64,000 nt of DNA, from positions 32,001 to 96,000 of the forward strand of contig CAXXWC010000020.1 of assembly GCA_963668645.2 (NCBI GenBank), given 5' to 3'. This DNA comes from Desulfobacterales bacterium (GTDB lineage Bacteria; Desulfobacterota; Desulfobacteria; Desulfobacterales; UBA2174). Of this stretch, positions 39,665-50,074 are shown piece after piece. The notes below the pieces were generated by a model. It made no database searches. It worked only from the letters and a program-made list of their open reading frames with translations, and was not told the origin of the DNA. The stretch's first letter is position 1. Every line of letters begins with the position of its first letter. Made by a program: the position numbers and the translations under genes.

Positions 39665-42171
39665 GGCGGATTCTCCTGCGGTGCCGCGGCACCGGTTCCT
39701 GTTTTGACGATGCGCAATCGTCTGATGACATCTTCACCGAGCCCCAAGACGCTTCGCAGGACATCTGCAGGCCGGACGACTGGGCCCTCAGAACTGCGGA
39801 TCTTGATGCCCAACGCCCCTTGTTCATGGATTTTGACCGACGATACGGCGTGCTTCAGGTCGATGCGCTGGGGCCTCCCCTTGGCGCTGGTTCTTTCCAG
39901 TATCCATTGGGGGGCCGCTTGAAATGCATCCAGCCGGCCGCGGTCAAAAATCTCTTCGCCCGGCAGCACGAGGTAATGGCTTTCCTGGTCGGCCCGGGTC
40001 CGATTACCCGCAACGGCCTCGGTCACCGATAGCCCTTTGGGCAGCCGCTGGTTGACCTGTTCAGGCAATTTTTCCAGCGCAACAGGCCTTGCCAAAACGG
40101 CCGTAAGGTGCTCATCGTAACTTTCGATCCCCACCGGCAGCGGATCGTCGAAAGAAATTTTGGGTTTGGGATGAAACCCGCCGGAAAAAAGAACCGGCAC
40201 ACCGGCGCAGCGCATGGCGCGCTGAAAGAGGCTGGCCGTTTCCAGATGCCCGAAAAACCGGGCCTCACCGCATTTGCGATACCCGATGCGGATCGGAAAG
40301 CCGCCGACCTCATTGGCGCTACTTCCCTTTTGCGCACCGGGGACATCCTGGGTCCGATAGACCACCGGAGCGATCTTTTTAAAATCACAAACCCCGCACC
40401 CGTGACAATCGCCTTGGCGGCAATCGGCGGTGGCATCTCCGGTCGTTGCCTTGCGACACTCTTTTTGGAGAAACGACTTTTGGACGCCGATATCGACATG
40501 GTCCCAGGGCAGCGGTTCGTCCAGATCACGCGCCCGGGTCACATAAAAAGCCGCATCGATGCCGCAGGCCGCCATCGCCTCTTTCCAGCGATCAAAACGA
40601 AACTGATCGCTCCATCCGTCGAAACGGCAACCTCGCCGATAGGCCTCGACCAGCAAGGGGGCCAGGCGGCGGTCCCCCCTGGCCCAGAGCCCCTCGAGCA
40701 TACTGACCTTCGGATCTTGCCATTTGAACTGGATTCCCGGCCGCGTCAACTGGCGGCGCAGCTTTTCGATTTTTTGGCTCGCCGTATCCAGATCGACTTG
40801 GGCGGCCCATTGAAAGGGGGTATGGGCCTTGGGGATAAAGGTGGCAACACTCACGTTGATCTGGCCTCGCCGGCCGCGTGCCGGCCGCATGCGTCCCAGA
40901 CGGGTGACCAAGTCGACGATGGCCGCCAGATCTTCGTCCTCTTCGGTGGGCAGCCCGATCATGAAATAGAGCTTGATGGTCTGCCACCCCAATTCGAACG
41001 CGTCCTGCACCGTTTCCAGTACATCGCTTTCGCAAATGTTTTTGTTGATCACATCGCGCAGCCGCTGGCTGCCCGCTTCCACGGCGATGGTGAAGCCGGT
41101 CTTGCGTACCCGCCGAATCTGTTGCATCAATCCCGGTCCCAGGGTCCCGGCCCTCAGGGAAGGAAGCGATACGGCGACATGCCGCGGGACACATTCGCTC
41201 ATCAAGGTCTCGGCCAGCGCATCGATGCGGCTGTAATCCCCGGTGCTCAAAGAGAGCAGTGAAATTTCGTCATACCCGGTTTCCGACAGGGTATGCCGTG
41301 CCATATCGAGAAGCCTGGCAGCCGAACGTTCACGAACCGGACGGTAAATCATCCCCGCCTGGCAAAACCGGCAGCCGCGGGTACAGCCGCGGGCGATTTC
41401 CAGGCGCAATCGATCATGAACCGGTCTGGCAAACGGGACCACCGGCCGATGAGGAAATGCCGCCCGGTCCAGATCCGCAACCACGGCCCGCTTGACACGG
41501 TCCGCCGCGTCGAGGGCTTTTAGATGCTGGAATCCCTGGCTGTCCACTTCCACCTGGTAGTGGCTGGGGATATAGACCCCTTCGATCCGCCCCCAGCGCT
41601 CCAGGAGTGTTCGGCGATCCTGCCTGTCCCATTCCATCCAGGCCTCGGCCATCTGCATGATCACCGTTTCCCCGTCTCCCACCACCATGGCATCGAAAAA
41701 CGGCGCCATCGGCTCCGGATTACAGGTGCACGGACCGCCGGCGATAATCAGCGGGTGGGAAGCCTGGCGCTCGGCCGCGTAAAAGGGAATCCCGGCCCGT
41801 TCCAGCATGGCCAGCACATTGGTAAAGTTCAGTTCGTAGAGCAGGGAAAAACCGATAATATCGAAATTTCGCAGCGGGACTCGGCTTTCCAGGCTGCAAA
41901 GGGCCAGACGGTTGGCAGCCAGGGCCGCATCCATATCCACGCCCGGCGCGAAGACCCGTTCGGCGGCAATTCGCGGGTCCTGGTTGAGAATATGATAAAG
42001 GATTTGAAGCCCGAAATGGGATGTACCGATCTCATACAGATCCGGAAAGGCCAAGGCCACCCGCAGCCGGACATGGTCGACATTTTTGTGAATGGCATTT
42101 ATTTCGGTACCCAGGTACCGGCTCGGTTGTTCGACGTCACCAAGCAGGTCTTGAAGGCCTGCGATTGTCAT
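39649..42171 (-). CDS. TIGR03960-type radical SAM protein with C-terminal DUF2344-like domain
   Basis: FPDLYEIGTS, RGCTRGCRFCQAG; C-terminal FSGGFHPKPKISF. Confidence 0.88.
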   Translation of the reverse strand: MTIAGLQDLLGDVEQPSRYLGTEINAIHKNVDHVRLRVALAFPDLYEIGTSHFGLQILYHILNQDPRIAAERVFAPGVDMDAALAANRLALCSLESRVPLRNFDIIGFSLLYELNFTNVLAMLERAGIPFYAAERQASHPLIIAGGPCTCNPEPMAPFFDAMVVGDGETVIMQMAEAWMEWDRQDRRTLLERWGRIEGVYIPSHYQVEVDSQGFQHLKALDAADRVKRAVVADLDRAAFPHRPVVPFARPVHDRLRLEIARGCTRGCRFCQAGMIYRPVRERSAARLLDMARHTLSETGYDEISLLSLSTGDYSRIDALAETLMSECVPRHVAVSLPSLRAGTLGPGLMQQIRRVRKTGFTIAVEAGSQRLRDVINKNICESDVLETVQDAFELGWQTIKLYFMIGLPTEEDEDLAAIVDLVTRLGRMRPARGRRGQINVSVATFIPKAHTPFQWAAQVDLDTASQKIEKLRRQLTRPGIQFKWQDPKVSMLEGLWARGDRRLAPLLVEAYRRGCRFDGWSDQFRFDRWKEAMAACGIDAAFYVTRARDLDEPLPWDHVDIGVQKSFLQKECRKATTGDATADCRQGDCHGCGVCDFKKIAPVVYRTQDVPGAQKGSSANEVGGFPIRIGYRKCGEARFFGHLETASLFQRAMRCAGVPVLFSGGFHPKPKISFDDPLPVGIESYDEHLTAVLARPVALEKLPEQVNQRLPKGLSVTEAVAGNRTRADQESHYLVLPGEEIFDRGRLDAFQAAPQWILERTSAKGRPQRIDLKHAVSSVKIHEQGALGIKIRSSEGPVVRPADVLRSVLGLGEDVIRRLRIVKTGTGAAAPQENPPCFAN

Positions 42172-42324
42172 GATAGGTCACTTTCATTTGCACGCACGGC
42201 CTTCTCGATAGATTGCCGCGCAGAATCGACAGTCAATTCCCCGGCGGTCCGGATACCCCGCCGAGTACTGTTTCAAAGAGCCAAAATGCCAGATATCTCT
42301 TTGGGAAACAAGCGAAAACCCAGA

Positions 42325-43698
42325 ATGCGAAACACGTCGCTCGCCGTGGTGCTGTTGGCCCTGACCGCTGTCGGCGCGGCGCTTCCGGCAGCCGCCTACG
42401 ATCGCGAAACACCGGTGGTCAAGGCTGTGCGCAAGGTAAGCCCCGCGGTGGTCAACGTGAGCAGCCAATCGTCGGTTCAACTTCATGACGCCCCTTTTTC
42501 AAGAATGCCGGGAGGTGATTTAAACTGGTTTTTCCGGGATTTTTTCGATCGCAGCTGGCCGCGGCGCCAACCGACCACCCAACTCGGTTCCGGGGTGATC
42601 ATAGACGGCCGGCGCGGTTTTATCCTCACCAATGCCCACGTCGTCTCCCAGGCGGGCCAGATTACGGTCACCCTCATGGACGAACGGCGTTTCGAAGCCC
42701 AACTGGTCGGCTCGGATCCGGACAGCGATCTGGCGGTCTTGCGCATCCCGGCGGACAAGCCGCTGCCATCGGTGGCCATGGGGGCCTGTGACGATTTGAT
42801 GATCGGCGAGACCGTCATCGCCATCGGCAACCCTTTCGGTTTTTCCCACACGGTGACCACCGGGGTCATCAGCGCGGTCAAACGCAGCTTTCGCGCCGAC
42901 GATCGGGAATATCACGACTTTTTGCAGATCGACGCCTCGATCAACCCGGGCAACAGCGGCGGTCCTTTGCTCAACATCAACGGCGAGTTGATCGGCATCA
43001 ATACGGCCATCTATGCCAAAGCCCAGGGAATCGGGTTTGCCATTCCCATCGATCGGGCCAAGCGCATCGTCGATGACCTGATCCGCTTCGGAGAGGTGAT
43101 CCAGGCCTGGATCGGCCTGCGGGTCCAACCGCTGGATGAACGGCTGGCCGCTTATCTGAAGCTTGAAAAACCAGAGGGGGTTTTGATCCGCCTGGTCGAA
43201 ACGGGAAGCCCGGCGCAAAAGGCCGGAATCAAAACCGGCGATGTCCTGAAAACTATCGACGGGCAGGCCACCGTCGACACCGATACCTACCGCTATGCCG
43301 CCCGAGAGGTGAGCGCAAACCAAAGACTGCGCCTGGAGGTGTGGCGCGACGGCCGCCTTATCGCTCTGACCCTCAAGGCGGGAACCTATCCTCCGGAACG
43401 CGCTTTCATGCTGGCCGAAGAATTGCTGGGGATCACCGTTGAAGATCTGACCGCCCCCAACCGGCGCCGCTTTCACCTCGAATTTTTATCCGGGGTAGTG
43501 GTTACCGAAGTGCACCCGGACAGTTATCTGGCCCGGGTCGGCGTCGAACCGGGCGATGTGGTGCGCCAGGTCGGCGATACGGCGGTGGAAAATCTTGCGA
43601 CCTTTCAAAAAGCCCTGGTCAAACAGCGCTTGCAGGACTCCCTGGTGCTCCTGATCCAGCGGGGCAACCGCGGCTACTACATCACGGTGGAGTTGTGA
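42325..43698 (+). CDS. degP: HtrA/DegP serine protease with two PDZ domains
   Basis: Signal peptide; TNAHV, DLAVL, GNSGG triad. Confidence 0.92.
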   Translation: MRNTSLAVVLLALTAVGAALPAAAYDRETPVVKAVRKVSPAVVNVSSQSSVQLHDAPFSRMPGGDLNWFFRDFFDRSWPRRQPTTQLGSGVIIDGRRGFILTNAHVVSQAGQITVTLMDERRFEAQLVGSDPDSDLAVLRIPADKPLPSVAMGACDDLMIGETVIAIGNPFGFSHTVTTGVISAVKRSFRADDREYHDFLQIDASINPGNSGGPLLNINGELIGINTAIYAKAQGIGFAIPIDRAKRIVDDLIRFGEVIQAWIGLRVQPLDERLAAYLKLEKPEGVLIRLVETGSPAQKAGIKTGDVLKTIDGQATVDTDTYRYAAREVSANQRLRLEVWRDGRLIALTLKAGTYPPERAFMLAEELLGITVEDLTAPNRRRFHLEFLSGVVVTEVHPDSYLARVGVEPGDVVRQVGDTAVENLATFQKALVKQRLQDSLVLLIQRGNRGYYITVEL

Positions 43699-43717
43699 GG
43701 GACTGGCACCGTGGCGT

Positions 43718-44011
43718 CTACAAGACCTTCTCCAGGGGCCAGGCAAAGACCTTGACCCCCTTTCCGCCCAAACGCGCCCGCAAGGCGGCGAGAGCCTCGA
43801 AGAGGGCTTCGAAACAGGCGTCGTCTGGCACCGCGGTCATCAGGGTATTGTTGTAACCGGGCCAGACGCTGTCGTCCATCTTGGGGTCGGATCGTTGGCC
43901 CGTGCCCAGGACCCGGCGCCATATGGTAACCCCGGTAGTCCCGGATCCGTCGAGCGCTTCGCGCACCACATCGTCATAACCGGCATCGTAGACGACCATC
44001 ACCATCTTCAT
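43718..44011 (-). CDS. P-II-like transporter-associated protein (PG0541-like)
   Basis: MKMVMVVY..VLGTG..VWPGYNN; last gene of the RND operon. Confidence 0.7.
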   Translation of the reverse strand: MKMVMVVYDAGYDDVVREALDGSGTTGVTIWRRVLGTGQRSDPKMDDSVWPGYNNTLMTAVPDDACFEALFEALAALRARLGGKGVKVFAWPLEKVL

Positions 44012-44064
44012 CGCTGGCTTTCCTTAGCCGCCGAGGTTGCCCAGCATCGCGGCGGCATCTTTTT

Positions 44065-47000
44065 TTATGCAACCACCGTTCCTGGGTCCGCCACTTTACC
44101 GCGTTCGGCCGCCTTGCGCCGTTCGAAAAGAAAATAGATCGTCGGCACCAGCACCAGGGTGACGAGCATCGAAACCGACAGGCCGCCAAGCATGGTCACC
44201 CCCAGAGGATTCCACGCCTCGGCGCCCACGGCCTGCGACACGGCCATGGGGACCATCCCGAAAAAGGTCGTCAGGGTGGTCATCAGCACGGGCCGCAGGC
44301 GGCTGCGGCCGGCCTCGACCACCGCCTCTTGCAGCGGCCGGCCGCGCTTTTGCAGCAGGTGGGTGTAGTCGAGCAGCACGATGGCGTTGTTGACCACCAC
44401 ACCCATGAGCATGATGACCCCCATAAAGGGGATCATACCGAGGCTGGTGCCGGTGAAGTAAAAGGCGAAAAGCACACCGGTAAAGGCAAAGGGCACCGAA
44501 AACATCACGATCAGCGGATCGCGCAGGTTGCCGAAAAGCGATGCCATGACCATATAGACGAGCAGGATACCCAAGACCAGCAAGGTGGTCAGATCGGTGA
44601 AGGCCTCCTGTTGCTCCTCCACATCGCCGCCGTAGTGGATGCGGATGCCGGCCGGGATGCCCATCTTTGAGATGGTGCGGCGCACGTCGCCGTTCACCGC
44701 ACCGAGGCTGCGGGCGTAGATGTTGCCTTCAACCTTGATGATGCGCTGGCGGTTCTTGCGTTCGATCTCGATGGGTCCCAGCCCTTCGACGATGCGTGCC
44801 ACGGTTTTAAGCCGCACCATGCGCCCGTCAGGAGTAAAAATCGGCACTTCGGCCAGATTGGCCAGCCGGTCGCGATCGGCCTCGCTAAAGCGGGTGAAGA
44901 TGTCGAAGCTGTCTCCGGCGTCCTTGAACTCGGAGGCCTCGGCCCCATAAAAATAATTGCGCACCGTGGCGGCGATCATCGCCACGTTGAGCCCCATGCC
45001 GGCAGCCTTGCGCCGGTCGACCTCGACCCAGACCTCAGGCCGCGGATCTTTCTGAGAAATCGTTACGTCCACCAGGCCGGGAATCTTCAAGAAGCTCTGG
45101 CGCAGCGATTGGGCAAAGACTTCACTGCGGTCCATGTCGTAGCCGAGCACCTCGATGGAAATCGGTTTGCGTCCGCCCATGATGGCGCTGTCGAGCCCGC
45201 TTTCGGTGCTGACTTGAACCTTGGCCAGCCCGGCGATCTTTTCCACTTCCTGGCGCAGCCGCTCGCCCACGGTTTCGATGGACAGGTCGCGCTGATCGAG
45301 GTCGACCAGTTTGAAGCGCACCTCGCCGACGTTGGGTCCCTGCTCGAAGCCGAGGGCCACCGCGTAGCCCATCTCGTTCTCGCCGGTCTTGGTGTAGGTG
45401 AACAGGATCCAGTCTTGCGGTACGATCCTTGGCATGATGGCGAGAATCTGACGCGCCACCCGCTCGGTCTCCTCGATGCGCTGCCCCTCGGCCAGCCGGT
45501 AGGACACCGATACTTCCCCGGTATCGACTCGCGGAAAGAAAGATGTGCTGATAAAGGGCACCAGGGAAACCCCGGCCGCGAAGATCGCCACGGCCAGCAC
45601 CAGCACGCTGCGTGTGTGGCCGAGGGCCCAGGCCAGCAAGCGCCCGTAAGCCGCCTCGACAGCCTCGAAGGCCGCTTCGCTGCGCGCGTAAAAACGCCCG
45701 GTAATCCCCCGGCGCTGCCTGAGGGCGCGGGGCGTGGCGCGCACCCAGCGGCTGGCCAGCATGGGCGTGAGCATCAAGGCGGTAACCAGCGAGGCCATCA
45801 GGGTGATGACCACCACAAAGCCGAGCTGTTTGAAGAGAATGCCCGCCAAGCCGGTCAGAAACATCAGCGGCACGAAAACCACCACCGTGGTCATGGTCGA
45901 AGCGGTGATGGCCAGGGCCATCTCGCTGGCGCCGAACATGGCCGCCGCCCCTACCCGGCTCCCCTTTTCCACGTGCCGGATGATGTTTTCGAGCACCACG
46001 ATGGCGTTGTCGACCACCATCCCCGAAGCGATGGCCAGGGCCATGAGAGAAACCAGGTTGATGGTGTAACCGAATAGATTGAGAAAGATAAATGCCACGA
46101 TCAGCGAACAGGGAATGATCAGCACGATGATGAAGATCGTGCGCAGCCGCCGTAAAAATACCATGGTGACCACGACGATGAAGAAAATACCCCACAGCAA
46201 CGTGCTCTTGAGGTTGGTCACAGAATTGATGATGTCCACCGAAGTGTCGATGGGAATATTGATGCGCACGTCGGCCGGCAGCTGGGGGGTGATTTCAGCC
46301 AGCCGCTGCTTGACCGCGCCAATCACCTCCACCGTGTTCTTGCCCGTCTGCTTTTGAAGCATCATCAATATCGCCGGCCGCCCGTTGCTGTGGATGCGCT
46401 CGTCCAGCGGTTTATAGGCGTCTTCCACCTCGGCCACGTCGCCCAGATAGACCGGCCGGCCCTCGTGGGTGCCGATCACGGTCTGGCGGATCTCTTCGAT
46501 GTCGGAAAATCGCGCCGGCACCCTTACGAAATGCTTTTTGCGCCCGGCTTGGATATGGCCGGCCGGAACGTTCATGTTTTCCATGTCCAGGACGCGGTTG
46601 ATCTGGGGCAGTGAAAGGTGGAACCCCTCGACCTTTTGCATGTCGAAGTATAGGTTGATGCGCCGGCGCAGACCGCCGTATAAGATCACCGCTCCTACGC
46701 CCGGCACGCGCTTGAGCTCATCGCCGATCTGCTTGTCCACGATATGAAACAGCCGGGGCCAGCTCTTTTCACCGGCTACCGTCAAAAACAGCACCGGTGC
46801 CGTGGCGCTGGAGAATTTGAACAGGACTGGACTGTCGGCATCCTCGGGAAGACGGCGCTTGGCGAACTCGAGCTTGTCGCGCACGTCGTTGCTGGCCACG
46901 TCCAGATCCGTACCCCAGTCGAACTTGCAGCTGATCAGTGACAGGTTGTCCATGCTCTTGGACGTCAGGGTGTCCAGGTTGTTCACCGAGTTGACCGTGT

Positions 47001-47205
47001 CCTCGATCACCTCGGTGACCTCGCTTTCCACGTCCGAGGCGCTGGCCCCGGGCCAGGAGGTCAGAATCGAGATCACCGGCGGTTCGATATCCGGATACAT
47101 GTCCGTGGAAAGCCGGGCGGCGGAAAAGGCGCCCAGCAACCCCAGGGCCAAAAAAAGCATGGCGGTGGCCACCGGCTGGCGAACTGAAAATTCGGGTAGA
47201 TTCAT
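44065..47205 (-). CDS. RND efflux permease (AcrB/CzcA family)
   Basis: 1046 aa; GMVVDNAIVVLEN, GVVVNNAIVL, RLRPVLMTT. Confidence 0.95.
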   Translation of the reverse strand: MNLPEFSVRQPVATAMLFLALGLLGAFSAARLSTDMYPDIEPPVISILTSWPGASASDVESEVTEVIEDTVNSVNNLDTLTSKSMDNLSLISCKFDWGTDLDVASNDVRDKLEFAKRRLPEDADSPVLFKFSSATAPVLFLTVAGEKSWPRLFHIVDKQIGDELKRVPGVGAVILYGGLRRRINLYFDMQKVEGFHLSLPQINRVLDMENMNVPAGHIQAGRKKHFVRVPARFSDIEEIRQTVIGTHEGRPVYLGDVAEVEDAYKPLDERIHSNGRPAILMMLQKQTGKNTVEVIGAVKQRLAEITPQLPADVRINIPIDTSVDIINSVTNLKSTLLWGIFFIVVVTMVFLRRLRTIFIIVLIIPCSLIVAFIFLNLFGYTINLVSLMALAIASGMVVDNAIVVLENIIRHVEKGSRVGAAAMFGASEMALAITASTMTTVVVFVPLMFLTGLAGILFKQLGFVVVITLMASLVTALMLTPMLASRWVRATPRALRQRRGITGRFYARSEAAFEAVEAAYGRLLAWALGHTRSVLVLAVAIFAAGVSLVPFISTSFFPRVDTGEVSVSYRLAEGQRIEETERVARQILAIMPRIVPQDWILFTYTKTGENEMGYAVALGFEQGPNVGEVRFKLVDLDQRDLSIETVGERLRQEVEKIAGLAKVQVSTESGLDSAIMGGRKPISIEVLGYDMDRSEVFAQSLRQSFLKIPGLVDVTISQKDPRPEVWVEVDRRKAAGMGLNVAMIAATVRNYFYGAEASEFKDAGDSFDIFTRFSEADRDRLANLAEVPIFTPDGRMVRLKTVARIVEGLGPIEIERKNRQRIIKVEGNIYARSLGAVNGDVRRTISKMGIPAGIRIHYGGDVEEQQEAFTDLTTLLVLGILLVYMVMASLFGNLRDPLIVMFSVPFAFTGVLFAFYFTGTSLGMIPFMGVIMLMGVVVNNAIVLLDYTHLLQKRGRPLQEAVVEAGRSRLRPVLMTTLTTFFGMVPMAVSQAVGAEAWNPLGVTMLGGLSVSMLVTLVLVPTIYFLFERRKAAERGKVADPGTVVA

Positions 47206-48410
47206 CCGGCGCGCCCCTCCTGCCGCCCTTCATCCGCCGTTTGCGAGATCGTGACCCGATCGCCGTGGCGAAGCGCTCCTTGGCCTTCGACCACCACCAC
47301 GGCCCCGGGATTTATCCCCTGCTTCAGTTCCACGAACCGATCCTCGCTCAGCCCGGTAACCACGTTGACTTGCACGGCGTGTCCGTTTTCGACGCTAAAG
47401 ACGTAATCACTGCCGGTTCCGGGCATCCGCACCACCGCGTCGCGGTCGACCGCCACGGCCTGGACCTGCCCCATCACAATGCTGAGGCGGGCGTACATTC
47501 CCGGCTGCAAAAGCCCCTCCCTGTTTTCCAGATGGATTTCGATATCGGCCGTGCGGGTGGCCGGACTGACCGCGGCATTGATCACCGAAACGCTTCCATT
47601 GAAGGTTCGCTGCGGATGGGCGTCGAGGCGAACTTGGACCGCAGTGCCCGGATGGATCCGCGGCAGATCCTTTTCGCTGACGAAGGTGATGACCTTGGCC
47701 CTGGAAATATCGGCCAGTTGCAGCAGGGGTCTATCGGTGCTCGAAAGGTTGCCCGGATCGAAATAGCGCGCCGTGACCACGGCATCCATGGGCGCTGTGA
47801 TGCGATGGTCCGCCAGGGTCAGCTCCAACTGGCGGATGACCGCTCCGGCCCGGGCCGCCTGGGCCAGGGACACGGTTCTGGCGGCCGCGGCGGCCTCTTG
47901 CTGTGCGCTGATATGGTCGAGTTGGCGCCGCGCGACTGCCTTTTCCCGGTAAAGGGTCTCGAAACGCTGCCGATCCTTTTCCAGAACGGCCAGGTTGGCT
48001 TCGACCTGGACGATGCCGGCCCGGGCGGCGGCCAGTGCGGCCTGGGCCTCTTCCAGCCGGGCGCGGATGGTATCCTCGTCAAGGTTGGCCAAAACCTGAC
48101 CGGCGTGGACCCGGTCACCTTTTTGCACCGTCAGACGGCGAATCATCTGCCCGGACACCTTGGCAAAAAGATGTACCTCCTGCCAGGGCCTTACCTCTCC
48201 GGTCAACTCCAGCCTTTCGGTCAGCGTCATCATCCGCGCAGTGGCAACGCGCACGGGAGGTGCGGCGGAAGCCGGTTGGGCGGCCACTGTCAGCTTGTCG
48301 GCCCGCCAAAGATTGAAGCCCGTATATCCGAGAAAGCCGATGGCCGCCATTGCAGCGACCACCACGCCGAGGTGTTTGGATCGGGATCTCAGCTTATTGG
48401 TGCCGTTCAT
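47202..48410 (-). CDS. RND periplasmic adaptor (membrane fusion protein)
   Basis: N-terminal TM; VQKGDRV; ITAPMDAVV; LQPGMYA. Confidence 0.93.
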   Translation of the reverse strand: MNGTNKLRSRSKHLGVVVAAMAAIGFLGYTGFNLWRADKLTVAAQPASAAPPVRVATARMMTLTERLELTGEVRPWQEVHLFAKVSGQMIRRLTVQKGDRVHAGQVLANLDEDTIRARLEEAQAALAAARAGIVQVEANLAVLEKDRQRFETLYREKAVARRQLDHISAQQEAAAAARTVSLAQAARAGAVIRQLELTLADHRITAPMDAVVTARYFDPGNLSSTDRPLLQLADISRAKVITFVSEKDLPRIHPGTAVQVRLDAHPQRTFNGSVSVINAAVSPATRTADIEIHLENREGLLQPGMYARLSIVMGQVQAVAVDRDAVVRMPGTGSDYVFSVENGHAVQVNVVTGLSEDRFVELKQGINPGAVVVVEGQGALRHGDRVTISQTADEGRQEGRAG

Positions 48411-48433
48411 GGATGATCCTTCCTGGCCAGAGG

Positions 48434-49816
48434 TTACAGCCGGCCGCCGCCAACGGCCCGCTGCAGTTCGGCCTCGGCCTTCAGGGCGTTGCAGCGCGCC
48501 GCGTAAAAATTGGTCCGGGCCTGGCTTTGCGCCACCGTGGCGTCGAGCACCTCGGTGGATGCGGCCACCTGCTGTTGAAAGCGCAGTCGCGTGATACGCA
48601 GATTTTCATCCGCCTGGGCCAGCGCGGTTTGGGCCGTTTTGATATTGGCCAGGGCCACGGCGAGGTTGATCCGGGCGTTTTTGACCTCCAGGCGGATGCT
48701 GTCGCGCACCCCGTCGGCTTTGGCGGCCAGAGCTTCATGTTCATGCCTGGTTTTGGCCACCTCGGCCCGCGTCTTGCCCCACTCGAAAAATGTCCACTCG
48801 GCTTGCAGCGCCACGGTGGTGTTGTAACTGTTGCGAAAATCGTTTTGCGTGGCCCGCAGGTTGTCCCCGTCCTGTTCGTAGCGGCCCACCAGAAAAACGC
48901 TTGGATAGTAAGCGCTGGCCGCCAGGCGTGCGGCGGCATCCAACTGGGCCAATGCCAGCTCGAGATGGCGCAACTCGGGCCGCCGGCTTTCAGCCTCGCC
49001 GATCAATACCGCCAGCGGCGCGGGCGGTGCCGGCAAAACTTCCACCGGCACCGGTACGACGGGGTTCTCGATATCCACTCCGATGACGGTGTTGAGCGCG
49101 GCGCCGGCCATATCGAGCCCGGCGGCCGCCGCCGTTTTCTTTTGAACGGCATCGGCCAGGGCCACTTCGCTCTGGAGCAGATCGTTGTAAGCGATCAGTC
49201 CCTGGTCGTAAAACTGCCGTGCATCGGCCACATGGGCCTCGAGGGTGGTCTCGGCATCCCGGGCCGTAAGGAGCAGGCTTTCGGCCATCAGGGTGTCGAA
49301 GAAGGCAAGCTTGGCCTGCTTGACCACGTCGGCCTCGGCCTGGTCTTTTTGAACAGCCGCCATTTCAATGCCCAGATCGGCCAGCTTGACCCGGGTGGTC
49401 AGGGCAAAACCGGTAAACAACGGTTGGGTCAGGCTGGCCTCCCAGTGAAAGTTGTCCTTAGAACCGGTGGCCGCCTCGATCCGCTGGCTTCCGCTGACTA
49501 CGTAAAAGGGTGCCACCCGGGGGTCGGGACGGACCAGGGTCTGGGTGAAATACATAAACGGTGTTTCCCCGAGCCGGGCGTAACCGTAGGCGGCCGAGGC
49601 CTTGGGAAACAGATCGGCCCGGCGGGCGCGGCGCTCCTCCACGGCCGCCTGGCTGCGGGCGGCAGCCTCGCGGATCAGGGCGTTATTGACGCGGGCCATC
49701 TCCACGGCCTTGTCCAGAGTCAACCGATGGGAAGTATCGCTTCCGCGGGTGGGGGTTACGGAAAGGCCACCGGAAATTACCAACAACAAAAAAAACAGGA
49801 CCACTTTTGACCGCAT
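48434..49816 (-). CDS. TolC-family outer membrane protein
   Basis: Signal peptide; LTQPLFTG; OEP helical repeats. Confidence 0.9.
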   Translation of the reverse strand: MRSKVVLFFLLLVISGGLSVTPTRGSDTSHRLTLDKAVEMARVNNALIREAAARSQAAVEERRARRADLFPKASAAYGYARLGETPFMYFTQTLVRPDPRVAPFYVVSGSQRIEAATGSKDNFHWEASLTQPLFTGFALTTRVKLADLGIEMAAVQKDQAEADVVKQAKLAFFDTLMAESLLLTARDAETTLEAHVADARQFYDQGLIAYNDLLQSEVALADAVQKKTAAAAGLDMAGAALNTVIGVDIENPVVPVPVEVLPAPPAPLAVLIGEAESRRPELRHLELALAQLDAAARLAASAYYPSVFLVGRYEQDGDNLRATQNDFRNSYNTTVALQAEWTFFEWGKTRAEVAKTRHEHEALAAKADGVRDSIRLEVKNARINLAVALANIKTAQTALAQADENLRITRLRFQQQVAASTEVLDATVAQSQARTNFYAARCNALKAEAELQRAVGGGRL

Positions 49817-49857
49817 TTTTAGCCTTTTTCCGCTTTTTGGGGTGTCTTTCAGGTTTG

Positions 49858-49899
49858 ATGAACGTTGGTTCATATAATTGGGTTCAATCAGCCTGTCAA
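49858..49899 (-). promoter_or_regulatory. Probable RND operon promoter with palindromic operator
   Basis: Minus-strand TTGACA (49894-99)-17 bp-TATATG; ATGAAC-N4-GTTCAT at 49858-49873. Confidence 0.5.
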
Positions 49900-50074
49900 T
49901 TTAAAAGGCCGCCAGAGTTAAATCAGCGGTAAAGGAAAAAGCGACCGCTCGTATTCTTCCGTCCGCAACGGATGCGCCTTGATGCTGTTGAAATCCGGTG
50001 CTATGTTGCCTCAAAAGTGTAGCAAGGCCCCGAAGGGTAATAGATTTTTCAATATCCACGCCGAAAGACAAGCC

